Positions 9,315 through 18,824 of a stretch of DNA of 64,000 bases are shown here, in pieces. This stretch comes from a virus. Below the pieces are notes generated by a model, which saw only the letters and a list, made by a program, of their open reading frames with translations, made no database searches and was not told where the DNA came from. The DNA lies in the IMG/VR virus record IMGVR_UViG_3300042868_010004, positions 96,001 to 160,000 of that record, one strand, 5' to 3'. The position numbers were made by a program, and so were the translations under genes. Each line of letters starts with the position of its first letter. Positions within the stretch are counted from its first letter, which is position 1.

Positions 9315-10592
9315 TCAAGTCTTAATTTTGACTTCTGGCTTATATCCATACTTAGTGATAAATTCCTGTTCCATGATTAGCCGGACTCGGCCCGCATGTT
9401 GCTTTTTACAAATTACTGCATCATGAATAGGGATCGCCGTAATATCTTCGCTTAAAAGCCTAAAGAAAACTCCATCAAACATAAGGTCGGCTTCCATACT
9501 TTGAAGTTTAATTGAAAATTTGCTATTGCTGATATGTTTTTCGCTTTCAATGATTTCGTGAAGATGGGGGAAAAGTTGTTTGAACATTACCAGTTTGGAA
9601 GAGTCATTCTGCCTTGGGTAATCGTAAAAGATTTGCGCAATACAACCGATTTTAAATTTTTGATATTTTTCATCCGTTGATATATCCGATTTAATCTTAT
9701 CTGCTAAAAATTTGTAAAAGCCCTCATCAAGTGCCGCGTGGTATTCTTTTTTTTCTTTTTCAAAGCCGGGCTCATAAAACGACATACAGAGCCAAGGGTG
9801 ACAGGCGGAAAAATCAACCTCTGTTGTCGGCTCTCCATCAATCAGGATGGCCGAACGGGACTCTCTCGGCATACAAGTCAGACTGTGGAATCGCCGCCCG
9901 CTCTTTTTGTCTTCCTTGAAGAAAATATTGCCGGACTCAATCTCGGTCAGGTGGGCATAAGCCGCAAAGAAGTCATTTCCGCCAAATTTTTTCGCTAATT
10001 CCTCGGGGCTATCCGAAAGAGTGACGGATTTCAGGTTTCGGTAAACCGCCTGATTGAATAAATTCTTATCCTGACTCAAAAATATCTCCGTCTCTTTATT
10101 GTTCACCCGACCAATCAGCTTTCCAGTGTATTTAACTCTCCATTTTTCGGGGCTCTCTTCGGCTTTTTGGGTCAGGCGGTAGGCCAGAGTCTTTCCTTCG
10201 GAAATAGAGTAGATGTTGTCACACTCGATCAGCCCAAGAGACAAAAGATCCCCAATCACTAAATCGGTGTCGCGCGAGCCAAACAGAATTTCTAAATTTT
10301 TTCTGCTAAATCCGACCCACTTCTGATTTCTTTCCCATAAATCCGCTTCATACCGCATTAAGTTGTATCGGTTTAGAATTTCCTTTAAGAATACCAGAGA
10401 TTTGATTTTTACCAAATCGGATTCCGGTCCTTCTGTCAGACGAATTAAATTTTCTTCCGAAAGCAAAACAACAATAGAATTATCTGAGTTCAATCTATGA
10501 TCAAGACATAATCCATCAATGATAGGAGAGTAGAAGAGGTTAGGTATGTTAGAACCCTTAAGAAGATATGTATGATGCTTAGAAAGAGACAT
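9315..10592 (-). CDS. PolA/T7-RNAP superfamily polymerase-like protein with N-terminal winged-helix-like region (TV-Pol-like)
   Basis: SGRRFH..R..ILIDGE, motif A EVDFSACHP, motif B KFK..IAQIFY, LQSMEA, motif C IHDAV; no exonuclease domain; ATG 10592 chosen (ORF extends to 10607). Confidence 0.65.
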   Translation of the reverse strand: MSLSKHHTYLLKGSNIPNLFYSPIIDGLCLDHRLNSDNSIVVLLSEENLIRLTEGPESDLVKIKSLVFLKEILNRYNLMRYEADLWERNQKWVGFSRKNLEILFGSRDTDLVIGDLLSLGLIECDNIYSISEGKTLAYRLTQKAEESPEKWRVKYTGKLIGRVNNKETEIFLSQDKNLFNQAVYRNLKSVTLSDSPEELAKKFGGNDFFAAYAHLTEIESGNIFFKEDKKSGRRFHSLTCMPRESRSAILIDGEPTTEVDFSACHPWLCMSFYEPGFEKEKKEYHAALDEGFYKFLADKIKSDISTDEKYQKFKIGCIAQIFYDYPRQNDSSKLVMFKQLFPHLHEIIESEKHISNSKFSIKLQSMEADLMFDGVFFRLLSEDITAIPIHDAVICKKQHAGRVRLIMEQEFITKYGYKPEVKIKT

Positions 10593-10670
10593 GGATGAAA
10601 CAAACAAACCAATAGCTATCCTACGGATATACCAGCCTATAAGAACTGTAATTTTCCGATTTACCTAGGT

Positions 10671-10751
10671 AGTGTTTTTGAAATTTGAGCCAAAAGTCAA
10701 GGTTTTTAACTAAAATTCAGGCTTGACTCAATCCGAAAACTATCAAATAAT
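10671..10751. promoter_or_regulatory. Divergent promoter pair at the strand switch
   Basis: Minus TTGACT 10700-10695 with AACACT at 18 nt; plus TTGACT 10723-10728 with AATAAT at 17 nt. Confidence 0.65.
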
Positions 10752-10759
10752 GCCTTAAC

Positions 10760-10972
10760 TTGACAACTCCGACCCCAATCCAGCTCCGAACAACTTCCGG
10801 CGGAAAAGTCCTCTTTTATGGCCTGAGTCGGAATAAGGGCGTGGTCTGGATTCTTTGGGAGGGTCGGTCAACTCACATTCTGATTTCAGATTTGGACTCT
10901 GAATCTCAGGCCCGAGTTCAGGCAATCCTAGTTCAGACCTTAGCGGCGGAGCGGGCAGGCAAACCGAATTAA
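10760..10972 (+). CDS. Hypothetical protein (TTG start)
   Basis: First gene after plus-strand promoter. Confidence 0.5.
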   Translation: MTTPTPIQLRTTSGGKVLFYGLSRNKGVVWILWEGRSTHILISDLDSESQARVQAILVQTLAAERAGKPN

Positions 10973-10982
10973 ATAAAAAAAT

Positions 10983-11183
10983 ATGAAAATTACGATAAAC
11001 CAACAAAGGCGTTCTCGTTGTCCAAGTGCAAGCGCAGATATTAGTTTTGGATCTATTAGAGAGATGGAAGATTTTTTGGCCGCTTTGAGCGAAATTAAAG
11101 AGCGGGCGGAACGGCATCCAGCCAATCCAAAAGAAATTTCTTGGCCAATCAATTCGGTTATTTCGAATTATTTTGAGAAATGA
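10983..11183 (+). CDS. Hypothetical protein
   Basis: Tight operon packing, ATGA overlap with next gene. Confidence 0.55.
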   Translation: MKITINQQRRSRCPSASADISFGSIREMEDFLAALSEIKERAERHPANPKEISWPINSVISNYFEK

Positions 11184-11395
11184 AATTATTCGGTCAACCA
11201 CCCCGCGATCCAGCGCGGATTGATGAAATACTAGCGGACTTAGGGAAGATCTGGAAGAAATACCCAGATTTTCGTTTCTACCAACTATTGAATCTGTTCG
11301 AAATGGAATACGCGAAAAGAGATAAGTTCTATGTAGAGGATTCGGATTTGCAGATTGGGATTGACAAATTTAAGAAATTAAGAGGAATTAACTAA
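11180..11395 (+). CDS. Conserved small phage protein (YihD/DUF1040-like), paralog A
   Basis: RDPARIDEIL..IWKKYPDFRFYQLL. Confidence 0.65.
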   Translation: MKLFGQPPRDPARIDEILADLGKIWKKYPDFRFYQLLNLFEMEYAKRDKFYVEDSDLQIGIDKFKKLRGIN

Positions 11396-11396
11396 A

Positions 11397-11591
11397 ATGA
11401 TGCAACAAAATTCAATTACAATTGACGGTTTTATTGAAAATCTAGACTCATTGACCATCGGAAAGCAGGAGTTATCCGACTTTCTGTATTTCTCCATCGG
11501 AGGCCGAACGGCGAAATACGATATTCTATCTCAGACGGAGAACCGTGATGGCAATTTAGATCTAAAAGTTAAATTTATTGGGTATGAATAA
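11397..11591 (+). CDS. Hypothetical protein
   Basis: Operon packing. Confidence 0.5.
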   Translation: MMQQNSITIDGFIENLDSLTIGKQELSDFLYFSIGGRTAKYDILSQTENRDGNLDLKVKFIGYE

Positions 11592-11599
11592 ATTCCAAA

Positions 11600-12004
11600 A
11601 TGGCAATTAAAATTATAGAGACCGGCGGATTCAGAGGTAGGACAAAAGTGTATCGAGGTGCGGAGGCACAAGGTATTGTTAATAAAGCGTTAGGCATTAG
11701 TTTTACTAATTATGATAATACGATTATGAATAAAAACTGGTTTAAATGCAAAGACACTCGTCCCTTTATCGACATCGCGCTTTTCTCCGCTGATTTCTGG
11801 GGTCATTCATACTGGTCTCATGACGAGACTGCAAATGAATTACATTATATCTTGCATTTCGTAGATGACGACATTCTGCCGGAAGAACTCTGTAAAGTCG
11901 GCCCGGACGAGGCTCTGGAATTATTCCGGCTGATCGAGAAATACGGATACGATAAAGAGAATTATCTCGCGGTTCAGAACTGGGCGGCAGAACGGAGTTA
12001 TTGA
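11600..12004 (+). CDS. Hypothetical protein
   Basis: Operon packing. Confidence 0.6.
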   Translation: MAIKIIETGGFRGRTKVYRGAEAQGIVNKALGISFTNYDNTIMNKNWFKCKDTRPFIDIALFSADFWGHSYWSHDETANELHYILHFVDDDILPEELCKVGPDEALELFRLIEKYGYDKENYLAVQNWAAERSY

Positions 12005-12018
12005 TTTCTCCCTTTACT

Positions 12019-12054
12019 TTCCGTCTTGACAAGAAGTATAAAGAATTTTAATCT
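12019..12054 (+). promoter_or_regulatory. Promoter TTCCGTC-TTGACA-N17-TAATCT, ATG 6 nt later
   Basis: Intergenic; extended motif shared with 25191, 29687, 40649. Confidence 0.7.
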
Positions 12055-12060
12055 CAGCCC

Positions 12061-12306
12061 ATGCTCGACCTCCTAAAGGAAAAAGAAGAAAGATCGGTCC
12101 AGATTAATCGGATTCTGACCCGCTTGTTTGAAATTTGGAAAAAATACCCGAATCTAAAATTCAACCAACTGATTTATTATATTAATTCAGCGGGCGAAAT
12201 TGGAGAACAGGATTTTTTCTTTATCACTGATGAGGAATTTGAAGAGGATATGGAGCGAGCGACAAGCGCGGGTGGGCAACTTACACGCGGGGAGGATTCG
12301 GAATGA
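12061..12306 (+). CDS. Conserved small phage protein (YihD/DUF1040-like), paralog B
   Basis: INRILTRLFEIWKKYPNLKFNQLI..FFITDEEF similar to 11180 gene. Confidence 0.65.
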   Translation: MLDLLKEKEERSVQINRILTRLFEIWKKYPNLKFNQLIYYINSAGEIGEQDFFFITDEEFEEDMERATSAGGQLTRGEDSE

Positions 12307-13169
12307 AGACTTATCGAGCCTTTGGCTGGGAAGGGCAGACGGGGCAAATACAGAGAATCCGACAAGGCTTTAATGAATTGGGCTGGACGGAGACAGGGAT
12401 TGAACCGGATTTCATTTACTCGAATGATGTGGGAAGCCATCCGGAAGCGATCAAGGCGAAAAAACAATGGCCGAAAGCCAAGCTGATTCTGAATGTTTTG
12501 GATATACCGGAGTTTTTGTTGCCTCATGGATATAATTTGGATGCCGCTCGGGAGCTTCTGGGTTATGCGGATGTTGTAACCTCTATTTCCAAACATACAC
12601 AGGGGCAGGTTAAGAAATTTTTCGGGTTGGATAGTTCGATCATTTATCAACCCAGTATGATTAGTGGGCCATGCGCTTCCGATAAAGTCTTGCGTTATCT
12701 CAGTGTTGGGAGGCGTTATGATCCCAATAAATTGTATTCCGTTGTTCAGCAAGTATTTGCGAATGGGCTGAATCCAGAGGAGCTAGTTGAAATCGGCCCG
12801 GATCATGGCTCAATTGGAAAGTATGTTGGGGTGATTTCAGAGGCTGAACTTTCCGAGTATTATTGCGGGGCCGACTTTTCTTTTTCTTTGGGTCGGGAAG
12901 AAGGATTAAACCTCCCCGTTTGCGAGGCGGCAATCTGTGGCTGCATTCCGGTAATTAATGCCCAACTCACTACGCGAGAAGAACTTCTACCACGAGAAGT
13001 CTTTCCGGAGTATAATTATACGGAGACAACCAAGGAAAGCCTGATTAAGTTCGTCAGAGAGGTCGATGTCATCCATCTTAGTGAAAAGCTAGTTGACTAT
13101 TTTGATTCAGAACACAAGAATAAATTCACCCCTGTTGGTGTCGCTTCCAAAATCCTTTCCGCTATTTAA
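12303..13169 (+). CDS. Glycosyltransferase GT4-like
   Basis: SVGRRYDPNK, EEGLNLPVCEAAICGCIP. Confidence 0.75.
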   Translation: MKTYRAFGWEGQTGQIQRIRQGFNELGWTETGIEPDFIYSNDVGSHPEAIKAKKQWPKAKLILNVLDIPEFLLPHGYNLDAARELLGYADVVTSISKHTQGQVKKFFGLDSSIIYQPSMISGPCASDKVLRYLSVGRRYDPNKLYSVVQQVFANGLNPEELVEIGPDHGSIGKYVGVISEAELSEYYCGADFSFSLGREEGLNLPVCEAAICGCIPVINAQLTTREELLPREVFPEYNYTETTKESLIKFVREVDVIHLSEKLVDYFDSEHKNKFTPVGVASKILSAI

Positions 13170-13175
13170 TTCCGC

Positions 13176-13550
13176 ATGCAAACCGTTGAATTGACCGTCC
13201 CGACCTCATTCGCCTACGACTATCTTTCAATATTGCAGATAAAGTGGTATCAGAGCAAGGATGATAAGGCTTTAGAGAATTTTGATAGGTGTTATCTTGA
13301 ATTAATCTCTAAACTTGGAGAGGTTTTGGCAAAGGATGTCTATTGGTCGCCAGAATATGAGGAGTTGTTTCGGGAAAACTTAAAAATTTTTCAATTAGTG
13401 GATGAATTAAAGAAGAATCCTGAGATTTTGGCAATTACTGTCGATCAACATAACTGGAATCGGGCGCAAATTAAGAAGAGAATTCAAGAAAAGTTTTTTG
13501 GTGGCGGGGCAGTCGAGCAAAAGTTTGGTTACGCGGAGGAAATTAAATAA
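13176..13550 (+). CDS. Conserved hypothetical helical protein coupled to sugar aminotransferase-family gene
   Basis: AYDYLSILQIK..N..R...K pattern; TAATG overlap with next gene. Confidence 0.6.
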   Translation: MQTVELTVPTSFAYDYLSILQIKWYQSKDDKALENFDRCYLELISKLGEVLAKDVYWSPEYEELFRENLKIFQLVDELKKNPEILAITVDQHNWNRAQIKKRIQEKFFGGGAVEQKFGYAEEIK

Positions 13551-14806
13551 TGAGTCAGAAGAAATATAATTGGCCGCTCGGGCACTCCAGTATGACCTTC
13601 CTTGACAAGCTCAAGATTGGAAAATTCCTGCTAACCAATGATAAATGGACGGTCGGGCCGGAGATTGAAAAATATGAGAAGAAATGGTCGGAATACACGG
13701 GCTGCAAGTATGTCGTCATGGTTCACTCTGGAAGCGCCGCTAACGAGATGATCGCCCTGCGCCGCCGCGACCAATTAATCAAGCAGGGTAAATGGATTCC
13801 GGGGCAGAATAAGGTTTTATTTAATGTTGTGAATTGGATTAGCTCGGTCTCGGTTTTTTCTAACCTGTCCTTCAAGCCGGTTTTTGTTGATGTTGACTTA
13901 TCAAATCTTAATCCATCCGTTGAACAAATTGAAAGTAAGCTGAAGGCCGATCCGGAGATTAAAACCGTTTTTTACACCACTCTTCTCGGTCAATCTTGTG
14001 ATTTGGAGAAACTTATTTATGTTTGCTCTATTTATGGCGCGGAACTTTTTCTAGATAATTGCGAGTCATCTTTTTCGTGGGAAATCTTTAATAAGGCTGA
14101 TCCGTTTTGCCATCAGAAGGTGCATTTTTGTAACCTAACTCTTTCATCTACAAGTATTTACGCCAGTCATTATACTAGCGGGTTGCAGGAAGGCGGATTG
14201 CTTTTCGCGCAAGACGAGGAGACTTATGAATGGCTGAAAATGATGCGCAATCATGGTATGACTCGTGGGATGCCAGATAAATACCGCAATCCATTAGTCG
14301 ATCCGTCATTCGATTTCAACGTGATGGGTTCAAATTATCGGACGACGAATCTGATTGCTTATATGCATTCACTGGATTTTGACCGTTCGCTTAAATGGTC
14401 GGAAGAAAATCGCCGGAATATTGCGGGATATTTTTATTCAAATATCAATCCGGTTAAATGGGACCGGATGCAGCCAATTATTACAAACAAGTTTGACCGA
14501 CCGATTTTTAATCATTCAGCCCGCAGTGGCCACATTCCACTTGCTCTCCCAATTATCAAGCACCCCGATTATCAAGACGGTGAACTAATCGGGAAAGTTA
14601 AAGGTTATCTGTCGGCGGTTGGAGTCGGTTATCGCGGACTCGTCGGATCGAACCTGCTTTACCATACAGCATTTCAGGGACTCGGCAACCCAAAAGATTA
14701 CCCGAACGCAGATTATTTGCATCATAATTCGATTTATATTGGGCTCCACGCTGGGGTTGATTCAAAAATGGCCGTGAGTCTGGCAAAAGAACTTTCAAAA
14801 CTCTAA
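13550..14806 (+). CDS. PLP-dependent DegT-family enzyme, ColD-type (GDP-4-keto-6-deoxymannose 3-dehydratase-like)
   Basis: SGSAAN, DNCES, SIYASHY..EGG with His at the catalytic Lys position, RNHGMTR. Confidence 0.75.
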   Translation: MSQKKYNWPLGHSSMTFLDKLKIGKFLLTNDKWTVGPEIEKYEKKWSEYTGCKYVVMVHSGSAANEMIALRRRDQLIKQGKWIPGQNKVLFNVVNWISSVSVFSNLSFKPVFVDVDLSNLNPSVEQIESKLKADPEIKTVFYTTLLGQSCDLEKLIYVCSIYGAELFLDNCESSFSWEIFNKADPFCHQKVHFCNLTLSSTSIYASHYTSGLQEGGLLFAQDEETYEWLKMMRNHGMTRGMPDKYRNPLVDPSFDFNVMGSNYRTTNLIAYMHSLDFDRSLKWSEENRRNIAGYFYSNINPVKWDRMQPIITNKFDRPIFNHSARSGHIPLALPIIKHPDYQDGELIGKVKGYLSAVGVGYRGLVGSNLLYHTAFQGLGNPKDYPNADYLHHNSIYIGLHAGVDSKMAVSLAKELSKL

Positions 14807-14808
14807 AA

Positions 14809-15402
14809 ATGCATCTACAAGATATCATTCAAAAACTAAACCCCAAGAACATTTGGGAAATCGGCGTCGGGAATCCGGATATTTGCCGGGCAAGACCCTA
14901 TCTGAACGGGCCGATTCAGTTAAAGTTATTTGAGGTTAATCCCAAGACATACAACGATTTAGTATCTGCTTACGGGCATTATCCGAATATTCGGATTAGT
15001 AATTTTGGTCTGTATGACAAAAACGGCACCATTGAATTTCTGGAAGATGGCGATTCAACCTGTTCTTCGGAGGTGGCCGCGCCGACTTTTGTTCTCGGAA
15101 CTCCGAAGATGGGTTCGGAATGGGTCGCAGCCAAGCCCCGAGTTCAAATGCAGGTCCGAGATATGGCCGAGGTCGATCCGGGCGATATTGATGTCGCGCT
15201 GATTGACACGGAAGGTTGCGAATGGAAGATTATCTCTCGGATGGTTAGCCGACCGAGATTTATGAGTATCGAAAGCCACAATGAATGGTATCGCACGCCG
15301 AATTATGAGAAATTGCTTGACTGGTTGCAGGAAAATAATTACAAGTTAATCCATACTGATGTTACCGACAGTTGGTATTTGCGTGGCGACATTAAACTTT
15401 AA
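14809..15402 (+). CDS. FkbM family methyltransferase
   Basis: EIGVG, FEVNP, LIDTEGCEW..I, IESH. Confidence 0.75.
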   Translation: MHLQDIIQKLNPKNIWEIGVGNPDICRARPYLNGPIQLKLFEVNPKTYNDLVSAYGHYPNIRISNFGLYDKNGTIEFLEDGDSTCSSEVAAPTFVLGTPKMGSEWVAAKPRVQMQVRDMAEVDPGDIDVALIDTEGCEWKIISRMVSRPRFMSIESHNEWYRTPNYEKLLDWLQENNYKLIHTDVTDSWYLRGDIKL

Positions 15403-15405
15403 CCA

Positions 15406-15759
15406 ATGATTACCCTTAAATCAACTTTTGCTCCCATGAAATTCGCCGATACAGTGCGAAATTATTTTGATGGACACGGAGAGCGATTTGATTTTCTGGA
15501 CCGTTCCGGCCATATTCACGGTGAATATCGAAAAGGTTGTCCTGTCTCTCCGGCCCCTGATGACGCAATTGGCGCTGTAAAAATTGGAGAAAGTTGGTTT
15601 TGGGTTATCAGGGGAGCGGAGAAAGAAATGCGCGATCTACATAATTCGGCACATCGTCTAGCCATTTCCCTTTCCGCCATTGTAGATTGTGGAGGAATCG
15701 GCCCGGAAGATATGTATGATGAAGCGCGGGACGCTTTGAAGCAATATAACAATCTCTAA
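15406..15759 (+). CDS. Hypothetical protein
   Basis: Operon packing. Confidence 0.55.
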   Translation: MITLKSTFAPMKFADTVRNYFDGHGERFDFLDRSGHIHGEYRKGCPVSPAPDDAIGAVKIGESWFWVIRGAEKEMRDLHNSAHRLAISLSAIVDCGGIGPEDMYDEARDALKQYNNL

Positions 15760-15762
15760 TTT

Positions 15763-16299
15763 ATGGACATTAAAACAAAACTCCGAACAGAAACTTCTGC
15801 CCGTGACGAAGTATTTAAAACCGCGCTGACTTACCTAAAGGGTGAGCCCGCAAGTTTCATTGAAGTGGGCTGTCTCCGCGATTTGAAAGGCCGCGCGGGC
15901 GATGGTTGGTCAACCCTTCATTGGGCGGACTATGTAGAACGGAATGGTGGCGAGCTGACCGTTGTTGATATTACGCAGGAATCTCTTGATTTGTGCAAGG
16001 GTCTGGTTGATAATTTCAACATTGAGGCGAATTTTATTTGTGATAAGGGTGAGAATCAGGTCGATTCAACCTATGATTTTGTCTATCTTGATGGTGGGGT
16101 TTGCCCGCACGAGGCACTGACTCAATTTGAAAAATGCAATACAGAAACTCAGGTCATTCTGATGGATGATTTTCATACTAAGGGAGTGATTGTCGATGAA
16201 AAATATCCGGATAAACTCCTTTTCCGGTTCTCTAATGGGCACAAGATGGCTTTGTATGGTAAGGGCGTGAAGGCGGGGGAGAAGTTTATTCAAGTCTGA
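15763..16299 (+). CDS. Class I SAM-dependent methyltransferase (Methyltransf_24-like)
   Basis: FIEVGC, GWST, TVVDI, DFVYLDG, ILMDD. Confidence 0.75.
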   Translation: MDIKTKLRTETSARDEVFKTALTYLKGEPASFIEVGCLRDLKGRAGDGWSTLHWADYVERNGGELTVVDITQESLDLCKGLVDNFNIEANFICDKGENQVDSTYDFVYLDGGVCPHEALTQFEKCNTETQVILMDDFHTKGVIVDEKYPDKLLFRFSNGHKMALYGKGVKAGEKFIQV

Positions 16300-16301
16300 A
16301 A

Positions 16302-17177
16302 ATGTCAAAGTTCGATAAGTCGTTCAAGGTATGGGGTATACGTCAAGGTCTCATCGGAGACATGGTGATGGCCGAACCCCTTCTAACCCTTCTTGAAAAA
16401 TTATATCCGGGTAGTTTTAAGTATTGGCATATTGCTAAAAAGTGCAAGCAGGCCGAATTACTTTTTCACCATCATCCATTAATTGACCAGATCGTAATTT
16501 CAGACTGTGAGGAGGGGCAAGGGCCGAAAGATTTGGAGATAATGAAGACTTGTCAGGTTGTGTTAAATACCACGCCGAATCACAAAGATGATTTATTTCC
16601 AAATTTTAGAAATATCTATGAGGAGACGGCCCACATGGGCGGATTTAGTTCAGAACAGTATAATCTTTTGACCGAAGAGGAAAAAGTCCCAAAACTGTAT
16701 AAATGGTTTGAAACAGAAAACCTTGGAGAAAAAACGCTATCCTTTTGGCCGGTAGCAGGTTATGCAAAATGGCACTCACGGAATCCGACAAAGGAGTGGT
16801 ATGAGAAATTACTTCCGATGCTTTATGCAGAAGGATTTACGGTCTATCAGTGCGGGCATCCTAACGACTATACTTTTGCGCCGCACTCCCAACACATAGA
16901 TTGTCGTCAGTTTTCGTTTTTCGATCAGATTAAAAAATCCCTTGGTTGCTCAATTGCGCTTGCAACCGACTCCGGAAGCTCTTTAGTTCTGGGGGCTTAC
17001 CGAGCCCGGCAGGTAAGTTTGCTGACAAACCATTGGAACTCCCCAAAACACGTTCGTAATTTTTACGCATTCGGAACAAATAATCCGAATAACTATTCCT
17101 TTTTTGGTATGAACCATTGCGATAACATCCCACAAAAAGAAGTGCTTGACAAAATCCTCCAAAAATGCTCTGTTTGA
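16302..17177 (+). CDS. Glycosyltransferase GT9-like
   Basis: GLIGDMVMA..L, HPLID, ATDSGS. Confidence 0.75.
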   Translation: MSKFDKSFKVWGIRQGLIGDMVMAEPLLTLLEKLYPGSFKYWHIAKKCKQAELLFHHHPLIDQIVISDCEEGQGPKDLEIMKTCQVVLNTTPNHKDDLFPNFRNIYEETAHMGGFSSEQYNLLTEEEKVPKLYKWFETENLGEKTLSFWPVAGYAKWHSRNPTKEWYEKLLPMLYAEGFTVYQCGHPNDYTFAPHSQHIDCRQFSFFDQIKKSLGCSIALATDSGSSLVLGAYRARQVSLLTNHWNSPKHVRNFYAFGTNNPNNYSFFGMNHCDNIPQKEVLDKILQKCSV

Positions 17178-17181
17178 CCGT

Positions 17182-17565
17182 ATGAATCGTCAAATTAAAT
17201 TCCGTGCTTGGGATACATTGAATAAATGTTGGTTGAAATCCGGTGAATATGGTATCTATAATGGCGACGGCGGGCTATGGTGTGGGAAGCATAACATGGT
17301 TATTCTACAACAGAGTAGTGAATATACGGACAAAAACGGAAAAGAAATTTATGAAGGGGATATTATTCAATATTCTTTTTATGGGGATGTCGGATACGAT
17401 CCTGAGCCCCCTCTTGTAATCAGATACGCAGAAGGTTATTCTAATTGGGCTTTAATGCCCTTTAAGTTGGATGGCGAACGTTGGGATTTTTATGGTGGTT
17501 GGCCACATGAAGAAATAACCATTATCGGCAACATCTTTGAAAATCCAGAACTTCTTAAATTTTAA
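17182..17565 (+). CDS. YopX family protein (paralog 2)
   Basis: QIKFRAWD, DKNGKEIYEGD, IIGNIFENPELL. Confidence 0.85.
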   Translation: MNRQIKFRAWDTLNKCWLKSGEYGIYNGDGGLWCGKHNMVILQQSSEYTDKNGKEIYEGDIIQYSFYGDVGYDPEPPLVIRYAEGYSNWALMPFKLDGERWDFYGGWPHEEITIIGNIFENPELLKF

Positions 17566-17567
17566 TC

Positions 17568-18470
17568 ATGACAAATCGATCTTCAAAAAAGCCTTCCGTT
17601 CTAATCCTCGGTGGTGGCGCACTCGGCAAAGTCTTCGCAAAAGTATTCAATACCGGAGAGTTTGACCTAGCGGTTGCCAAACGGAAGAAATTCAGCGCAG
17701 AGGATGCCGGAAAGGGCTATCTAGCATATGAGTTCGACGCAGTGAATTGCCCGCCATACGTCGCCAAAGACTTTGATTATATAGTGAATTGTATTGGGGT
17801 AACACCTCAAAAAATTGACGAGACATGCACGCATTCCAAGCTGAATGCACTCTTGGTCAACTCCGCCTTTCCTTACCAACTGGCCAAGAATTGCCCAAAC
17901 AGCCGGATTATTCATATCTCGACTTCCCATGTCTTCGCCTTAGCTGGTGGTAACAAGACGGAGAATGATTGGCCGCAACCTTTGACGACCTATGAGAAGA
18001 CAAAGTTTGCCGGAGAGGTCTGGGCCGAGAACGTGATGAATCTCCGCTGCTCCGTCGTGGGGCCGGGCGGCGGGCTATTTGAGTGGTTCAAGACGGAGAG
18101 AAAACAGAAGGGTCGGGTTGAAGGTTATACGAATCATATGTGGAATGGCTTAACATCATTGAAATTGGCGGAAATCTGCCGAGGTATCATCCGAGATGAG
18201 CTATTTTGCGGAGGTATCCAGCACATTGTCCCTAACGGGAAGGTCAGTAAGCATCAGCTCTTATGGGAATTGAATCAGTATCCTTGGGGTGAATCTGACA
18301 AGGCGGCGGAGATAGTGGAAGCAAAGGCTGATTGCGGCTTGGATAGAACCCTTGGAACCGTCCGACTGATTGAAAATATGGCGCTTTGGCGTGGGGCGGG
18401 CAGCTTGGCTCCATTGGATATTCGGACGCAAATTAGAGAGATGGCGATTTGGGTGGAGGAGAACAAATAA
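17568..18470 (+). CDS. Extended SDR, RmlD-like NDP-4-keto-6-deoxysugar reductase
   Basis: ILGGGALG, NCIG, IHIST..VF, YEKTK (YxxxK). Confidence 0.75.
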   Translation: MTNRSSKKPSVLILGGGALGKVFAKVFNTGEFDLAVAKRKKFSAEDAGKGYLAYEFDAVNCPPYVAKDFDYIVNCIGVTPQKIDETCTHSKLNALLVNSAFPYQLAKNCPNSRIIHISTSHVFALAGGNKTENDWPQPLTTYEKTKFAGEVWAENVMNLRCSVVGPGGGLFEWFKTERKQKGRVEGYTNHMWNGLTSLKLAEICRGIIRDELFCGGIQHIVPNGKVSKHQLLWELNQYPWGESDKAAEIVEAKADCGLDRTLGTVRLIENMALWRGAGSLAPLDIRTQIREMAIWVEENK

Positions 18471-18473
18471 CTT

Positions 18474-18815
18474 ATGAATAACGATATTCAATTTGGTTGC
18501 CTGAATGTTGATACTGGTGAATTCCGAAAGGGCCATATTGATAAATCCGGCAATCAACAGTTTAAAAGATTGCCTTGGTATAAGCGATTATTTTTCCGAG
18601 AGCCGAGTCAGACGGAGTTGGTCGGGACTACGACCCTTTCGGTTGGTTTTATTTGGACGAGAGATACGGATTTGAAGGATGTAAAGGCGGCTCTTTATAG
18701 AAAATTCAATCCGTATGCCGGAAAGACTCAGAAAATTTGGGCCAAACAAAATGGAAATACAGTGTTTTTTGATCCTTTTATATATGACGAAAATAAGCAA
18801 TTAGTTATAAATTAA
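18474..18815 (+). CDS. Hypothetical protein
   Basis: Operon packing. Confidence 0.5.
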   Translation: MNNDIQFGCLNVDTGEFRKGHIDKSGNQQFKRLPWYKRLFFREPSQTELVGTTTLSVGFIWTRDTDLKDVKAALYRKFNPYAGKTQKIWAKQNGNTVFFDPFIYDENKQLVIN

Positions 18816-18824
18816 GACAATTTT

